From the NCBI GenBank assembly GCA_964403835.1, contig CAYOHR010000004.1, positions 44,553-108,552 of the forward strand: a stretch of DNA of 64,000 nucleotides. The letters are read 5' to 3'. Numbering within the stretch: the stretch's first letter is position 1; each line of letters opens with the position of its first letter. A model generated the notes under the pieces. The model worked only from the letters and a program-made list of their open reading frames with translations, ran no database searches and was not told the DNA's origin. The stretch is from an uncultured Flavobacteriales bacterium. GTDB taxonomy: Bacteria; Bacteroidota; Bacteroidia; Flavobacteriales_G; JALEGO01. This document shows, one piece after another, positions 30,720 through 40,329 of this stretch. Made by a program: the position numbers and the translations under genes.

Positions 30720-31196
30720 ATGAAACATTTATTTTTGTCTTTTCTTTTTTGTTTTTTTGGAGCAGGTTTGAGAGAGAAGTATTTTATCGATTTATATGTG
30801 GGTGGATTATATGTGAAAACAAAAAGCAGCGATGCCGGTAAATTAATTTCAGCCGATGAACCTATGGCTATGAGGTTAAAAATTGTTTCTGGGATGGTAA
30901 CTAGTGAAAAAATGGCTGAAACTGTGAAAGAAGGATTTCAGAAATCGATGAATGGGAATACAAAGCCTTTGCAAAAAGAAATTGATCAGTTCATTAAAGC
31001 ATTTTCTACCTTTAAAATGAAAGTGGGAGATCAGTGTGATTTGGTATATATCCCCAATGAAGGACTTCATATGATCATCAACGAGAAAGAAATGATTCTG
31101 GTAAAAGGGATCGAATTTAAAAAAGCTTTATTTGGCATTTGGTTAGGAACTAATCCTGCGGACGAAGATTTTAAAGCAAGCATATTAAAATTATAA
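30720..31196 (+). CDS. Chalcone-isomerase-like protein, apparently with an N-terminal internal deletion
   Basis: GAGLREKYFIDLYVGGLY, FKKALFGIWLG..PADEDFK; only 13 residues precede GAG. Confidence 0.75.
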   Translation: MKHLFLSFLFCFFGAGLREKYFIDLYVGGLYVKTKSSDAGKLISADEPMAMRLKIVSGMVTSEKMAETVKEGFQKSMNGNTKPLQKEIDQFIKAFSTFKMKVGDQCDLVYIPNEGLHMIINEKEMILVKGIEFKKALFGIWLGTNPADEDFKASILKL

Positions 31197-31248
31197 ATAT
31201 CGGAAACGATCAAAAAAAACTGTTTAAACAACTAATACTAAGTTACTT

Positions 31249-34200
31249 ATGAATAAATATTTCCTTACTCTATCAAGCTTATTTTTAATATCTATAAAAA
31301 TATTTTCTGCTTCTTTTACAGCTACACAATCAGGCAATTGGAACATTGGAACAACTTGGGGGGGCTTATGTGCTGCGGGTTGTACAGCAGGAGTTGATTT
31401 TCCCGGAACCGGAGATGATGTTATCATTGACGCCTTTGATATTAGTGTAACGGCCGATGCAACTTGCCTAACTATCACTGTAAATCCCGATAATACAAGC
31501 TTAAGTATAAATTCTACGTTTTTGCTTACAGTAGAAGATTTTATTGAAATTTATTCTGCAGCTGACGCCAGTGCATTTGACTTTAATATAGATGGTTACC
31601 TTTATGTAGAAAATTATATCCTGATGGACGTTGGTAACAGTGGAACGTATAATATGAATATTAATTCAGGAGGTAAACTAAATATTAATTCAGCCACTGG
31701 TACCAGTCTTTTTAAATCAAGAAAGTCAGGCGGCGGGGCTATTATTAATATCAATGTCAATGATACCTTTATTACGAATGGAAATTTAACTTTACAAGGA
31801 CAAACGCATACCGATGATTCGGTAAATATGTTTGTGAATGCGCGCACAGAAATTTTGGGTACAACAGGGCTAAAGTTGACTTCAACGAGTGCAAATGCAG
31901 ATGTTCTTTTGGAGTTAAATGACACCTTAGTTTGTTTCGGAGCCTTAACATTAAATACTTCTTCTAACCAAAATGATGTAAGGCTAGATATGACAAATAC
32001 AAATAATGCATTTCTTGATTTGCAAGGTCAATTATCTATCACAAACCAAGGTGGTTTAATTGATGCTAGTGCTGCAACAAATACCTTTTTTCGTTTTTCC
32101 GGGTCAGCTGGTCAAAATGTAAAAATGGGATCGGGGTATGAATATGATAATTTGATTATTGCCAATACGAGCGTTTCAGGCGCTGCTTTAACAAGTGGAG
32201 TTACTACTTCGGGGGTATTAGGAAATATTACCATTGAAAATAACTCTAAGCTGGTTGCCGGCTCTAATGATATTACTTTTGGAGGAGATTTAACCATTAA
32301 TGGTAATGGAACCATTACACAAACAAGCACAAACAAAATAAGTTTTGCAGGTTCTGCTCAGCAAACTATATACGGAACCTTTGTGTTTCCGGGAATTGCA
32401 GAAGTTGATAATTCATCCATGAATGGACTTACTTTAGATGGCTCTTCTGCCGTAACTTTTAATGACTTGAATATTTTAGCTGCCCGAAAATTTAATAGTG
32501 CAGGTGCTAATTATATAATCAAAGAAGATATAACAAATAATGGAGGAACATATACCGCAAATGTAGGTGATACCACTACTTTTAGTGGAACCAGTCTTCA
32601 GACCGTAACAGGTACTATCCCTTTTGATCATACCATTATTGCCAATTCATCAGGTGTAAATTTAGCCACAGGAGGTGATGCTATTTCTTTTAATAATTTA
32701 ACAATTAATAGTGGTTGTTTTTTAGACCCAGATGCGAATGATTTTTCCGTAAGAGGAAATTGGATCAATAATAATGCAGAAGCAGGTTTTACCCCTGATG
32801 CAGGTTGTCGAGTTCGATTTAATGGAAGTACAGCACAAACTATTACTGGTTCGGACACTACTGATTTTCAAGATATTAGTGTTGAAAATACTTCAACTGG
32901 ACTTACCGCAACAAACCCCATAGATATTATTGGAGTTTTAGATGTACAAGATGGCGCTTTTAATGGGAATTCTGTTGCACGCTTGGTATCCAATTCTTCG
33001 GCTACCGCAGTTATAGCAGATTTATCGGATGGTACCCCGGATAACCCTGCGGTTACTAACATCATTGTAGAAAGATATATGAATGAGCATGCTGGCTCTC
33101 CAGGATGGAACTTTGTTGCATCCCCTTTAACCAATACAGTATTAGATGATTGGGATGATGATTTGTATACTACCGGAAATGTTGGTAGCGATGATCCTCA
33201 ATGGTTTTTTTCAATACAAGGATGGGACGAAGCGGCATGTGCGTCTACTACTCCTGATTTAACTACACAAAATACAAATAATGGATCAGATCAATCAGGT
33301 TGGTTCATTTATGAAAATAGCGGGGTGACAATAGATGCCACAGGAAGTATTAATCAGGGTATTGTAAGTATAGCCGGATTAACATGTGGAGTAGGTTGTG
33401 CTTTTGGAGATGGATGGCATGTTTTAGGAAATCCGTATGCTGCGCATGTGACTTGGGATAATGTAACATTGACCAATATAAGTGGTGCAGGCGGAGGATC
33501 TGCCTATGTTTTACAAAATGACAATAGTGGAAATTTTATAGAATATGACCACAGCACTCCAACAGACATCTTAGCGTCTGGCGAAGGTTTTTATGTGCAG
33601 GTTGCTGCTGGTATGGTAGGAGAAGTACGATTTGACGAAAATGATAAAACCAATTCAAATACTCCGGATAATTTTAACAGTGTAAAACTGGTAGGAAACA
33701 TAGAGCCGGTCTTAAAAATTAATATGTTGGCTGATGGTACGCGTTCTGATTTTACCAAAATTGGTTTGCGAGATAACGCTGCTAAAGGATATGAGTGGTT
33801 TAACGAAACAACTAAAATGGGCAATGCAAATAACCTGTTAAACATAGCAACCGTTGTGGATGATATCAAAGTTTCAAGAAATTCTATTCCTTCGGATGTT
33901 GATAGTATCGTTATTCCTATTGTTTTATACAGACAAAATAATGCTTTAAGTACTACTAATCAATATGATTTGACTTTTAATGATGTAGATGCTTTTTTAG
34001 ATCAAAATAAATGTATGACCTTGATTGATTCAACTGATTTAAGCTCAACAATTATTGATACCGAAGGTCAAACGCATTCAACCACCATGATGGATGATGG
34101 TGTGGCTCGATTATTCTTACATGTTAGCTCACCTTTAACTATTTCTTCAACCAATCCTACCTGTTTTGATTTGCCAAACGCAACTGCACGGGTAACAGGC

Positions 34201-35565
34201 AAAGGAAACGGACCTTTTAACTATACTTGGCAAAATGCAAACGGAAATACTGTTCGAACTACAACAGGTGTTTTCGGAGCTGATTCATTAAGTAATGTTA
34301 CGGAGGGTATTTATACTGTAATTGTAACAAACAATGAAGGTTGTGGAACAGTACGTGCTAAAATTGAGCTAATGGCGCCTGTTTCGCCGAACTATACTAC
34401 TTTAACTTCTGAAGATGTTACTTGTCATGGAGGAAATGATGGAACAGCCTCTGCCCATATTTTTACTGGAAATGCAGGTCGAACATTTTTATGGTCAAAT
34501 GGAAATAGCGATTCGCTAGCAACAAATTTATCGGCAGGAACGTATACAGTTTCTATAACCGATAGTACTGGTTGTTCATTCAGCAAGAGTATTATGATTA
34601 ATGATGCAATATCAAATATTACCCAAAAATCTAAAGCAGATATTACCTGTTTTGGAAGCACCAATGGAGGTATTTTGCTTCAAATGAATGGAGACCTAAG
34701 TAATTATACTTTTGGATGGTCAAATGGAGTTACTACGCATGATGTATATGGTTTAAGCGCCGGAACTTATTATGTTACGGTTTCTCATTCGAATGGTTGT
34801 GTTGAGACAGATTCAGTTACCATAGATCAACCTGAAGAAATTAACAGCAATGCAGTTATACAAAATGCAAGTTGTTTTGGTTTAATGGATGGTACTATTA
34901 CCTTAAATACAACAGGTGGTGTTGCTCCTTATGATATTAATTTGGCGGGATATAACACCAGCTTTTTAGATTCGTTAACTCCTGGTAGTTATACTTTATT
35001 TATCATGGACCAAAATCAATGCCAAAAAAGCCTTGTATTAAATGTGACCGAGCCTCCTTTAGTGGATGCCGCTTTTAGCACTGCTAATGATACTTTTTAT
35101 GTAAATGAACCGGTTATTTTTACAAATACTTCTGCCGGAGCTACCCAATCCGATTGGAATTTTGGTGATGCAAGCACTTCATCTATTACAGATCCAATTC
35201 ACACGTATTTAGCTTCAGGAACCTATTCAGTTCGTTTATTGTCTTCTCAAAATGGGCAATGTGCCGATTCTACCGATCAAATGCTTTATATATTGGATGA
35301 ATTAGTTTCAGTGAATGCTAATGGCGATAAAGATTTTATAAAAATTACCAGAACAGATAATACTTTGATTATTAATACTTCATTTAATAAACCTGAATTT
35401 TTGAAAATTAAAGTTTATAATGCATTAGGACAAGATTTAGTAAGAAGCACCGAAGAAACCGTTTCTATATCTACGATTAAAATAGCCTTGCCAGATACAA
35501 AAGGCATGTATATTTTATCAATTTATAAAAATGATGAGATAATAACGAAGCAAGTAATCAGATAA
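31249..35565 (+). CDS. Large T9SS cargo (type A CTD): G8-like N-terminus, beta-helical repeats, SprB repeats, PKD domain
   Basis: TATQSGNWNIGTTW..PGTGDDVII; repeated F.GSA.QTI.G; VERYM..WNFVASP; GWHVLGNPY; DVTCHGGNDG..YTVSITD.GC; FTNTSAGA..DWNFGD; VYNALGQ..GMY. Confidence 0.85.
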   Translation: MNKYFLTLSSLFLISIKIFSASFTATQSGNWNIGTTWGGLCAAGCTAGVDFPGTGDDVIIDAFDISVTADATCLTITVNPDNTSLSINSTFLLTVEDFIEIYSAADASAFDFNIDGYLYVENYILMDVGNSGTYNMNINSGGKLNINSATGTSLFKSRKSGGGAIININVNDTFITNGNLTLQGQTHTDDSVNMFVNARTEILGTTGLKLTSTSANADVLLELNDTLVCFGALTLNTSSNQNDVRLDMTNTNNAFLDLQGQLSITNQGGLIDASAATNTFFRFSGSAGQNVKMGSGYEYDNLIIANTSVSGAALTSGVTTSGVLGNITIENNSKLVAGSNDITFGGDLTINGNGTITQTSTNKISFAGSAQQTIYGTFVFPGIAEVDNSSMNGLTLDGSSAVTFNDLNILAARKFNSAGANYIIKEDITNNGGTYTANVGDTTTFSGTSLQTVTGTIPFDHTIIANSSGVNLATGGDAISFNNLTINSGCFLDPDANDFSVRGNWINNNAEAGFTPDAGCRVRFNGSTAQTITGSDTTDFQDISVENTSTGLTATNPIDIIGVLDVQDGAFNGNSVARLVSNSSATAVIADLSDGTPDNPAVTNIIVERYMNEHAGSPGWNFVASPLTNTVLDDWDDDLYTTGNVGSDDPQWFFSIQGWDEAACASTTPDLTTQNTNNGSDQSGWFIYENSGVTIDATGSINQGIVSIAGLTCGVGCAFGDGWHVLGNPYAAHVTWDNVTLTNISGAGGGSAYVLQNDNSGNFIEYDHSTPTDILASGEGFYVQVAAGMVGEVRFDENDKTNSNTPDNFNSVKLVGNIEPVLKINMLADGTRSDFTKIGLRDNAAKGYEWFNETTKMGNANNLLNIATVVDDIKVSRNSIPSDVDSIVIPIVLYRQNNALSTTNQYDLTFNDVDAFLDQNKCMTLIDSTDLSSTIIDTEGQTHSTTMMDDGVARLFLHVSSPLTISSTNPTCFDLPNATARVTGKGNGPFNYTWQNANGNTVRTTTGVFGADSLSNVTEGIYTVIVTNNEGCGTVRAKIELMAPVSPNYTTLTSEDVTCHGGNDGTASAHIFTGNAGRTFLWSNGNSDSLATNLSAGTYTVSITDSTGCSFSKSIMINDAISNITQKSKADITCFGSTNGGILLQMNGDLSNYTFGWSNGVTTHDVYGLSAGTYYVTVSHSNGCVETDSVTIDQPEEINSNAVIQNASCFGLMDGTITLNTTGGVAPYDINLAGYNTSFLDSLTPGSYTLFIMDQNQCQKSLVLNVTEPPLVDAAFSTANDTFYVNEPVIFTNTSAGATQSDWNFGDASTSSITDPIHTYLASGTYSVRLLSSQNGQCADSTDQMLYILDELVSVNANGDKDFIKITRTDNTLIINTSFNKPEFLKIKVYNALGQDLVRSTEETVSISTIKIALPDTKGMYILSIYKNDEIITKQVIR

Positions 35566-35597
35566 TTTATAAATTTGTATTGTAAAAACACAAGAAA

Positions 35598-35813
35598 TTG
35601 AAAAAAATCCTAGTTATATCATTTGTCTTTTTAGGGATTAACTTATTACAAGCAGCTCCACCACCACCACCTGCTGGTGGCGGTGATCCTGCATGTTGGC
35701 CTCCTCCGTGCGTGCCTATTGATGGTGGTGTTGTATTTTTGCTTGCAGCAGGCATTGGGTTAGGAGCAAAAAAATCGATCTCTCTTCTTAAAAAAGAAAA
35801 GACTACCGCTTAG
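35598..35813 (+). CDS. PID-CTERM sorting-signal protein with a very short Pro/Cys-rich mature region
   Basis: TTG start, signal peptide, APPPPPAGGGDPACWPPPC, VPIDGG motif (35712-35729), TM segment, basic tail; immediately upstream of an exosortase. Confidence 0.85.
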   Translation: MKKILVISFVFLGINLLQAAPPPPPAGGGDPACWPPPCVPIDGGVVFLLAAGIGLGAKKSISLLKKEKTTA

Positions 35814-35819
35814 TCTTTT

Positions 35820-36365
35820 ATGAGCACTTCGGTATTTAAGCAGCCTATTTTCCTTTTTTTTATAAAATTTTTCCTTTTATACTTTTCTTGGTATTTTATT
35901 TATAAATATTGGATTCATCCTGGGCATAATATTGATTTATGGATTGCCAATAACCTGGTTGATGGAGTTAAAGTTATTTTAAAAGCATTTCATTATCCAT
36001 TAATTAATTTTAGCCAATACGATCGAGAGTATAGAGCGGTTGGTATTGATGGAAGCAATGGAGTTTATATTGGCGATAGCTGCAATGGATTAACCTTATT
36101 TAGCATTTATGTGTTTTTTTTAATATCCTTCCCCGGAAGAGTATTATCAAAAATTTATTTTTCTGTTATTGGAGTAGTGGTTATTCATATTTGTAACATT
36201 CTACGAATATTCGCCCTTTGCCTAGTGGCATTACATTATCCGCAATACCTCGATTTTAATCATACCTATACTTTTACTATTATTATGTATGCCATTATAT
36301 TTTTAATGTGGTATATCTGGTTAAATAAATTTTCAAAATCCAAAAAAACAGTCCTTGAAAAATAA
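35820..36365 (+). CDS. Exosortase-family protein (XrtF/XrtX-like)
   Basis: IGDSCNGL (Cys), NILRI (Arg), FNHTYTF (His) in a polytopic membrane protein. Confidence 0.88.
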   Translation: MSTSVFKQPIFLFFIKFFLLYFSWYFIYKYWIHPGHNIDLWIANNLVDGVKVILKAFHYPLINFSQYDREYRAVGIDGSNGVYIGDSCNGLTLFSIYVFFLISFPGRVLSKIYFSVIGVVVIHICNILRIFALCLVALHYPQYLDFNHTYTFTIIMYAIIFLMWYIWLNKFSKSKKTVLEK

Positions 36366-36834
36366 AAATTTGCTCTTATTCAAGCTAAGTATTTTGGTTA
36401 TCCTTTTTGTTTTGGTTGGATTTTTACGTGAACATATTTTTGTTCAAATTAATTACAGATTGGGCTATTTGAGGACTCTTGATCCTTCGTATGACCCCTA
36501 TATGACCCTGCCATTTATCAGGGATTTATCTTTTTCTACCTTATACTATGGCAAGTTTGTACTTACCCTTCTATTTTCTTTAATATACATGCTTTTAGGG
36601 TATACTTTAATAAATATGTTATTTCATAACAGTGTATTCAACAAATACACCATTGCTCTTTTTCTACTTGTAATTTTTATATCGTTTATTTTGTATTTAA
36701 CAGGGTATTTATACAACGATATTTATTCTTCGTATGAGATAGCTAGGTATTTAGCAGGATTGGTTCAGTCTCCTATTATTCCAATGGTTTTGGTTTTGGT
36801 TTTTAAATTCGGAAAGACAGAAGTTGAATCTTGA
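36355..36834 (+). CDS. Exosortase-associated membrane protein
   Basis: TTG start overlapping the exosortase stop, four TM segments, LREHIF N-terminal motif, LVQSPI near the C-terminus. Confidence 0.7.
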   Translation: MKNKNLLLFKLSILVILFVLVGFLREHIFVQINYRLGYLRTLDPSYDPYMTLPFIRDLSFSTLYYGKFVLTLLFSLIYMLLGYTLINMLFHNSVFNKYTIALFLLVIFISFILYLTGYLYNDIYSSYEIARYLAGLVQSPIIPMVLVLVFKFGKTEVES

Positions 36835-37646
36835 TTTAAGAAAATAGTATAGGAAGCAATGCAAAATATGGCAAAATCAGCCACGCCAGCCATCCACAAA
36901 ATAAATACATGGAAAACAATACCAAGGACTAAAAGCCCCTTTTTTACCTTCTTAAACCATACTAAAAAGGGAAAAACCGCTTGGTAGCCCAATGCAAAAT
37001 AATTGGCTATTACGGCAATCCATTGTATTTTAAATATATACGAGAAAAAAGGGGTTGAATAGCCTTCGGTTTTCGCTAATAAGTATAAGGCGTTCCCTTG
37101 TATCCATTCGGTACCCTGCAACTTATACCAGGCTGAAAAAAAGTACATCAGCGCGATTTGAATTTGGCAAGCATATACACTTATATTGCTTAACATATTA
37201 AACAGCTTATTCTTATGCTGTTTGCTTTCAGATAAAAAGACATTAAAAAACAAGAGCATATTTAATAAATGATGCCCTCCGTTTGTTATTTCAGGGGCCT
37301 TAAAACAAAGGGTTTTAAAAATAAAATAAACCCCAAGGGCTGCTATTTTGGGGTATTTTCCAAATAAACCTAATAAAAGAAGGAGGATGTATATCCAAAT
37401 TACAACCAAATAGAAATTTGCAAAAGGAGGAATGGTTAATAACGTAAAAAAGCCGCTTATAAAACCCGTTGGAACCTGTACTAAATGGGTTAGCGCATCG
37501 GGTGCGTAAAAAGTCGACCAGTGATTGATAGTGGTTAAAATATCAAATAACAAAGCGAAATAAATACATCGTCGGAACCATTGTATAGCAAATACAAAGT
37601 GATTTTCTTGTAATAGACAGGTCGGTATTTTTAATAATTTATTCAA
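36765..37646 (-). CDS. HTTM-domain membrane protein (SdpB-like)
   Basis: NGGHHL, QIALMYFFSAWYKL...W..GNAL, LGIVFHVFI, F....IASY motifs. Confidence 0.8.
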   Translation of the reverse strand: MNKLLKIPTCLLQENHFVFAIQWFRRCIYFALLFDILTTINHWSTFYAPDALTHLVQVPTGFISGFFTLLTIPPFANFYLVVIWIYILLLLLGLFGKYPKIAALGVYFIFKTLCFKAPEITNGGHHLLNMLLFFNVFLSESKQHKNKLFNMLSNISVYACQIQIALMYFFSAWYKLQGTEWIQGNALYLLAKTEGYSTPFFSYIFKIQWIAVIANYFALGYQAVFPFLVWFKKVKKGLLVLGIVFHVFILWMAGVADFAIFCIASYTIFLNQDSTSVFPNLKTKTKTIGIIGD

Positions 37647-38205
37647 AAGAAGGTCTTATTGGTTCAATAGGCATAAATAAAGTGTCATTTTTGCAATTGC
37701 GAGCAGCATTCAGGCAAACACACGTAAAAGCTACTTGTATGGCAGAGGGATGCACGTTTTGCGAATCTATCTTTTTTTTAGCTTCTGTGAGCGCTCCATA
37801 ATAAGATTTGGTTCTTCTTAAACGGGCATAATCAATGGTTTTTCCCATGGTTTCCTGCATCGAAATTAAATTACGGGCATAATACTCATGCATGCGCAAC
37901 ATTTTTCCGTGCCAGCTAATTCGGTATGTATGATGTTTTTTGATGAAATCTTCACTTAAATAATTCCATGTACTTGTTTCATTTTCAATATGATATCTAT
38001 ATAAAACTTTGAGTTCGCAGGGTGGAGGATCGGGGGCAAATAGTTTCCAGTTTTGATGAAAAAGCGGAAGCATATACTTAGCTGTTACCTTATTTATCGG
38101 AGCCGATGTATATTTTCCATCCGTTGCATAAATAAGGGTAAATAAAAAATGAACGAAAAATATGAAAATTAAAATCCAGGTTAAATAAATTTGGTATTTT
38201 TTCAT
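37639..38205 (-). CDS. DUF5819/SdpA-like protein
   Basis: N-terminal TM followed by YMLPLFHQNWKLFAPDPP; 8-nt overlap with the HTTM gene. Confidence 0.75.
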   Translation of the reverse strand: MKKYQIYLTWILIFIFFVHFLFTLIYATDGKYTSAPINKVTAKYMLPLFHQNWKLFAPDPPPCELKVLYRYHIENETSTWNYLSEDFIKKHHTYRISWHGKMLRMHEYYARNLISMQETMGKTIDYARLRRTKSYYGALTEAKKKIDSQNVHPSAIQVAFTCVCLNAARNCKNDTLFMPIEPIRPSFE

Positions 38206-38264
38206 ACTTAATTGCGACAGCTAAAACGAACTTAAAACTAATTTTTGAAAGTATACATCACTTT

Positions 38265-39737
38265 ATGCAGGTTTTTGCTATTATGAGAAAGAACTTTTTT
38301 TACTTTTTAACAATATTGCTGGTTAATGCAGTCATTATGTCGCTTGAGTTAGTTGGGCCACGTATTATTGCACCCTTTTTTGGGAGCACGGCCATTGTAT
38401 GGACCGGTATTATTTCAACCATTTTAGTATCTCTATGCATAGGGTATTATGTAGGTGCCTATGTAGTTCGGAAATACCCAAATATTGAAATAAGCCTTTC
38501 TTATACTATTCTTTTAGGGGCTTTTTTTATTCTTTTAACCCATTATTTAAGCCCTAAAATTCTAATTCACATATCGTCTTATCCTATTTCTTTATTAGCT
38601 AAATCATTTTTGGCAAGTATTTTCATTTTTAGTCTGCCAACCAGTACACTTTCCATTATTCCAATTTTAATTAGTAAGGCAATATTGGTGGGACCATCTG
38701 AAAAAATGCCCCAAAGGGTGAGTATTTTATTTAGTTTAGGTACATTAGGGGCTTTGCTTGGTGTTTGTGTGACCACCTTTATTTTAATACCCACTTTTGG
38801 AAGCAGTAAAATATTTTATTTGCTATCTATCTTATTGATTATCAATAGTTTTTGTTTTAATGCATCTCTTTATAAATTTTTTATAGCTGTTTTGCTGCTT
38901 GTTTCAAGTGTATTGTTTTATTCGAAAAGTTCTTTTGGGAATAATACTATTGAAGTTGATTCTTTATATAACCATATTTTTATTTACAATACATTAAATT
39001 TTTCCAATCAAGAACCTATAAAAGTGCTTCAGTTAAATGAACATATCAATTCTGCCATTTATACAAAATACCCCGATAGTTTGGTTTTTCCGTACCTTGA
39101 AAAAACCTATCAAATTATAAAAAATAAAAAACCTTTAAAAGATATACTCATGGTGGGTGGGGGAGCGTATACTTTGCCCAATAAGGTTTTGGAAACGTTG
39201 TTAAATGTAGACATAGATGTGGTAGAAATAGACCCCATATTGCATGAAATGGCAGTAAAATATTTTACTCTCAACCAAAGCTCCAGGCTGCACATATATG
39301 ATGAAGATGGACGTACCTTTTTTAAGAAAAGAAAAAAGCAGTATGATGTTGTTTTTTTAGATGTATTATCTTCTTTATCCAATGTACCCGATCACCTAAC
39401 CACGCAAGAAGCTTTTTCAGAAATTAAATCGATTTTAAAAGAAGATGGGGTGGTTGTTTTTGCTATGATGGGGGCTTTGGAGGGCAAGTATTCTCATTTT
39501 CCGAAAGATGAATATAAAACGCTTGCATTTGTTTTTCCACATGTACAATGGGTGTCCGTTTCAAGTACTAAAAAGGATGTTTTGCAAAATATTTTACTGG
39601 TAGCAAGCAATAGCAGTATTGATAATTTGCTTGGAGATACCAATAAATTAGATATTTTTAATTTAAATCAATTAAATCGAAATATAATTTTGAAAGATGA
39701 TTTTTCTTGCTACTCTTACCTGAATAGTTTTAAATAA
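38265..39737 (+). CDS. Fused membrane/spermidine-synthase-like SAM-dependent methyltransferase
   Basis: N-terminal TMs (MSLELVGPRIIAPFFGST, GTLGALLG) followed by LMVGGGAY, VEIDP, DGRTF, YDVVFLD. Confidence 0.85.
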   Translation: MQVFAIMRKNFFYFLTILLVNAVIMSLELVGPRIIAPFFGSTAIVWTGIISTILVSLCIGYYVGAYVVRKYPNIEISLSYTILLGAFFILLTHYLSPKILIHISSYPISLLAKSFLASIFIFSLPTSTLSIIPILISKAILVGPSEKMPQRVSILFSLGTLGALLGVCVTTFILIPTFGSSKIFYLLSILLIINSFCFNASLYKFFIAVLLLVSSVLFYSKSSFGNNTIEVDSLYNHIFIYNTLNFSNQEPIKVLQLNEHINSAIYTKYPDSLVFPYLEKTYQIIKNKKPLKDILMVGGGAYTLPNKVLETLLNVDIDVVEIDPILHEMAVKYFTLNQSSRLHIYDEDGRTFFKKRKKQYDVVFLDVLSSLSNVPDHLTTQEAFSEIKSILKEDGVVVFAMMGALEGKYSHFPKDEYKTLAFVFPHVQWVSVSSTKKDVLQNILLVASNSSIDNLLGDTNKLDIFNLNQLNRNIILKDDFSCYSYLNSFK

Positions 39738-39793
39738 AATTGAAATTATTAAAATAAAGTTTTTTGCCACAGGGCTTTGTTTTTTAAAAAAAA

Positions 39794-40327
39794 ATGATAT
39801 GTTTGTTGGTAATTAAAGTGAATATGAAGAAAATTTTTGCACTATTTATTTTCCTTTTTGGATACATAGGATTATTCTCTCAGAAGATAACTCCTTTTGT
39901 TATTGCTAGTGGGGGGCATCATTATAAAGGGGCACAGTATAATGTTTCTTGGACCGTTGGAGAGATTTTTACACCAACCATTCATAATGATCAAAATTAT
40001 ATCACACAGGGATTTCAGCAACCTACAGGTAATGCCTATATTTCGGTGCCTGAAGTGTTTGAAAAACTAAACAACTTTAGTTTTTATCCCAATCCTTTCA
40101 GTGATCATTTAAACGTTCGCGTAAATAATGCAGAACCTCATAATTATGAGGTTTATGTATTTAATATTAGTGGGCAATTAGTTGAAAAGCCTTTGGTTAT
40201 CAATTCATTCTCTGATTCGCAAGTATATTCCTTTAAAACAACCTCTCTTAAAACAGGGGTATATCTTATTAAAATTATTGAAATAGGTACGAATAATACG
40301 GCCGATTTTAAATTAACTAAAATATAA
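39794..40327 (+). CDS. Small T9SS type A CTD protein (probable start 39822)
   Basis: SQKITPFVIASGG..SWTVGE..TQGFQQP followed by YPNPF..FNISGQ..GVY. Confidence 0.8.
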   Translation: MICLLVIKVNMKKIFALFIFLFGYIGLFSQKITPFVIASGGHHYKGAQYNVSWTVGEIFTPTIHNDQNYITQGFQQPTGNAYISVPEVFEKLNNFSFYPNPFSDHLNVRVNNAEPHNYEVYVFNISGQLVEKPLVINSFSDSQVYSFKTTSLKTGVYLIKIIEIGTNNTADFKLTKI

Positions 40328-40329
40328 GA

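Noticed and set aside
35567-35755. Minus-strand 62-aa Gly/Pro-rich ORF as the missing SdpC-like precursor
   Set aside because: It is the antisense shadow of the PID-CTERM gene and has no signal peptide.
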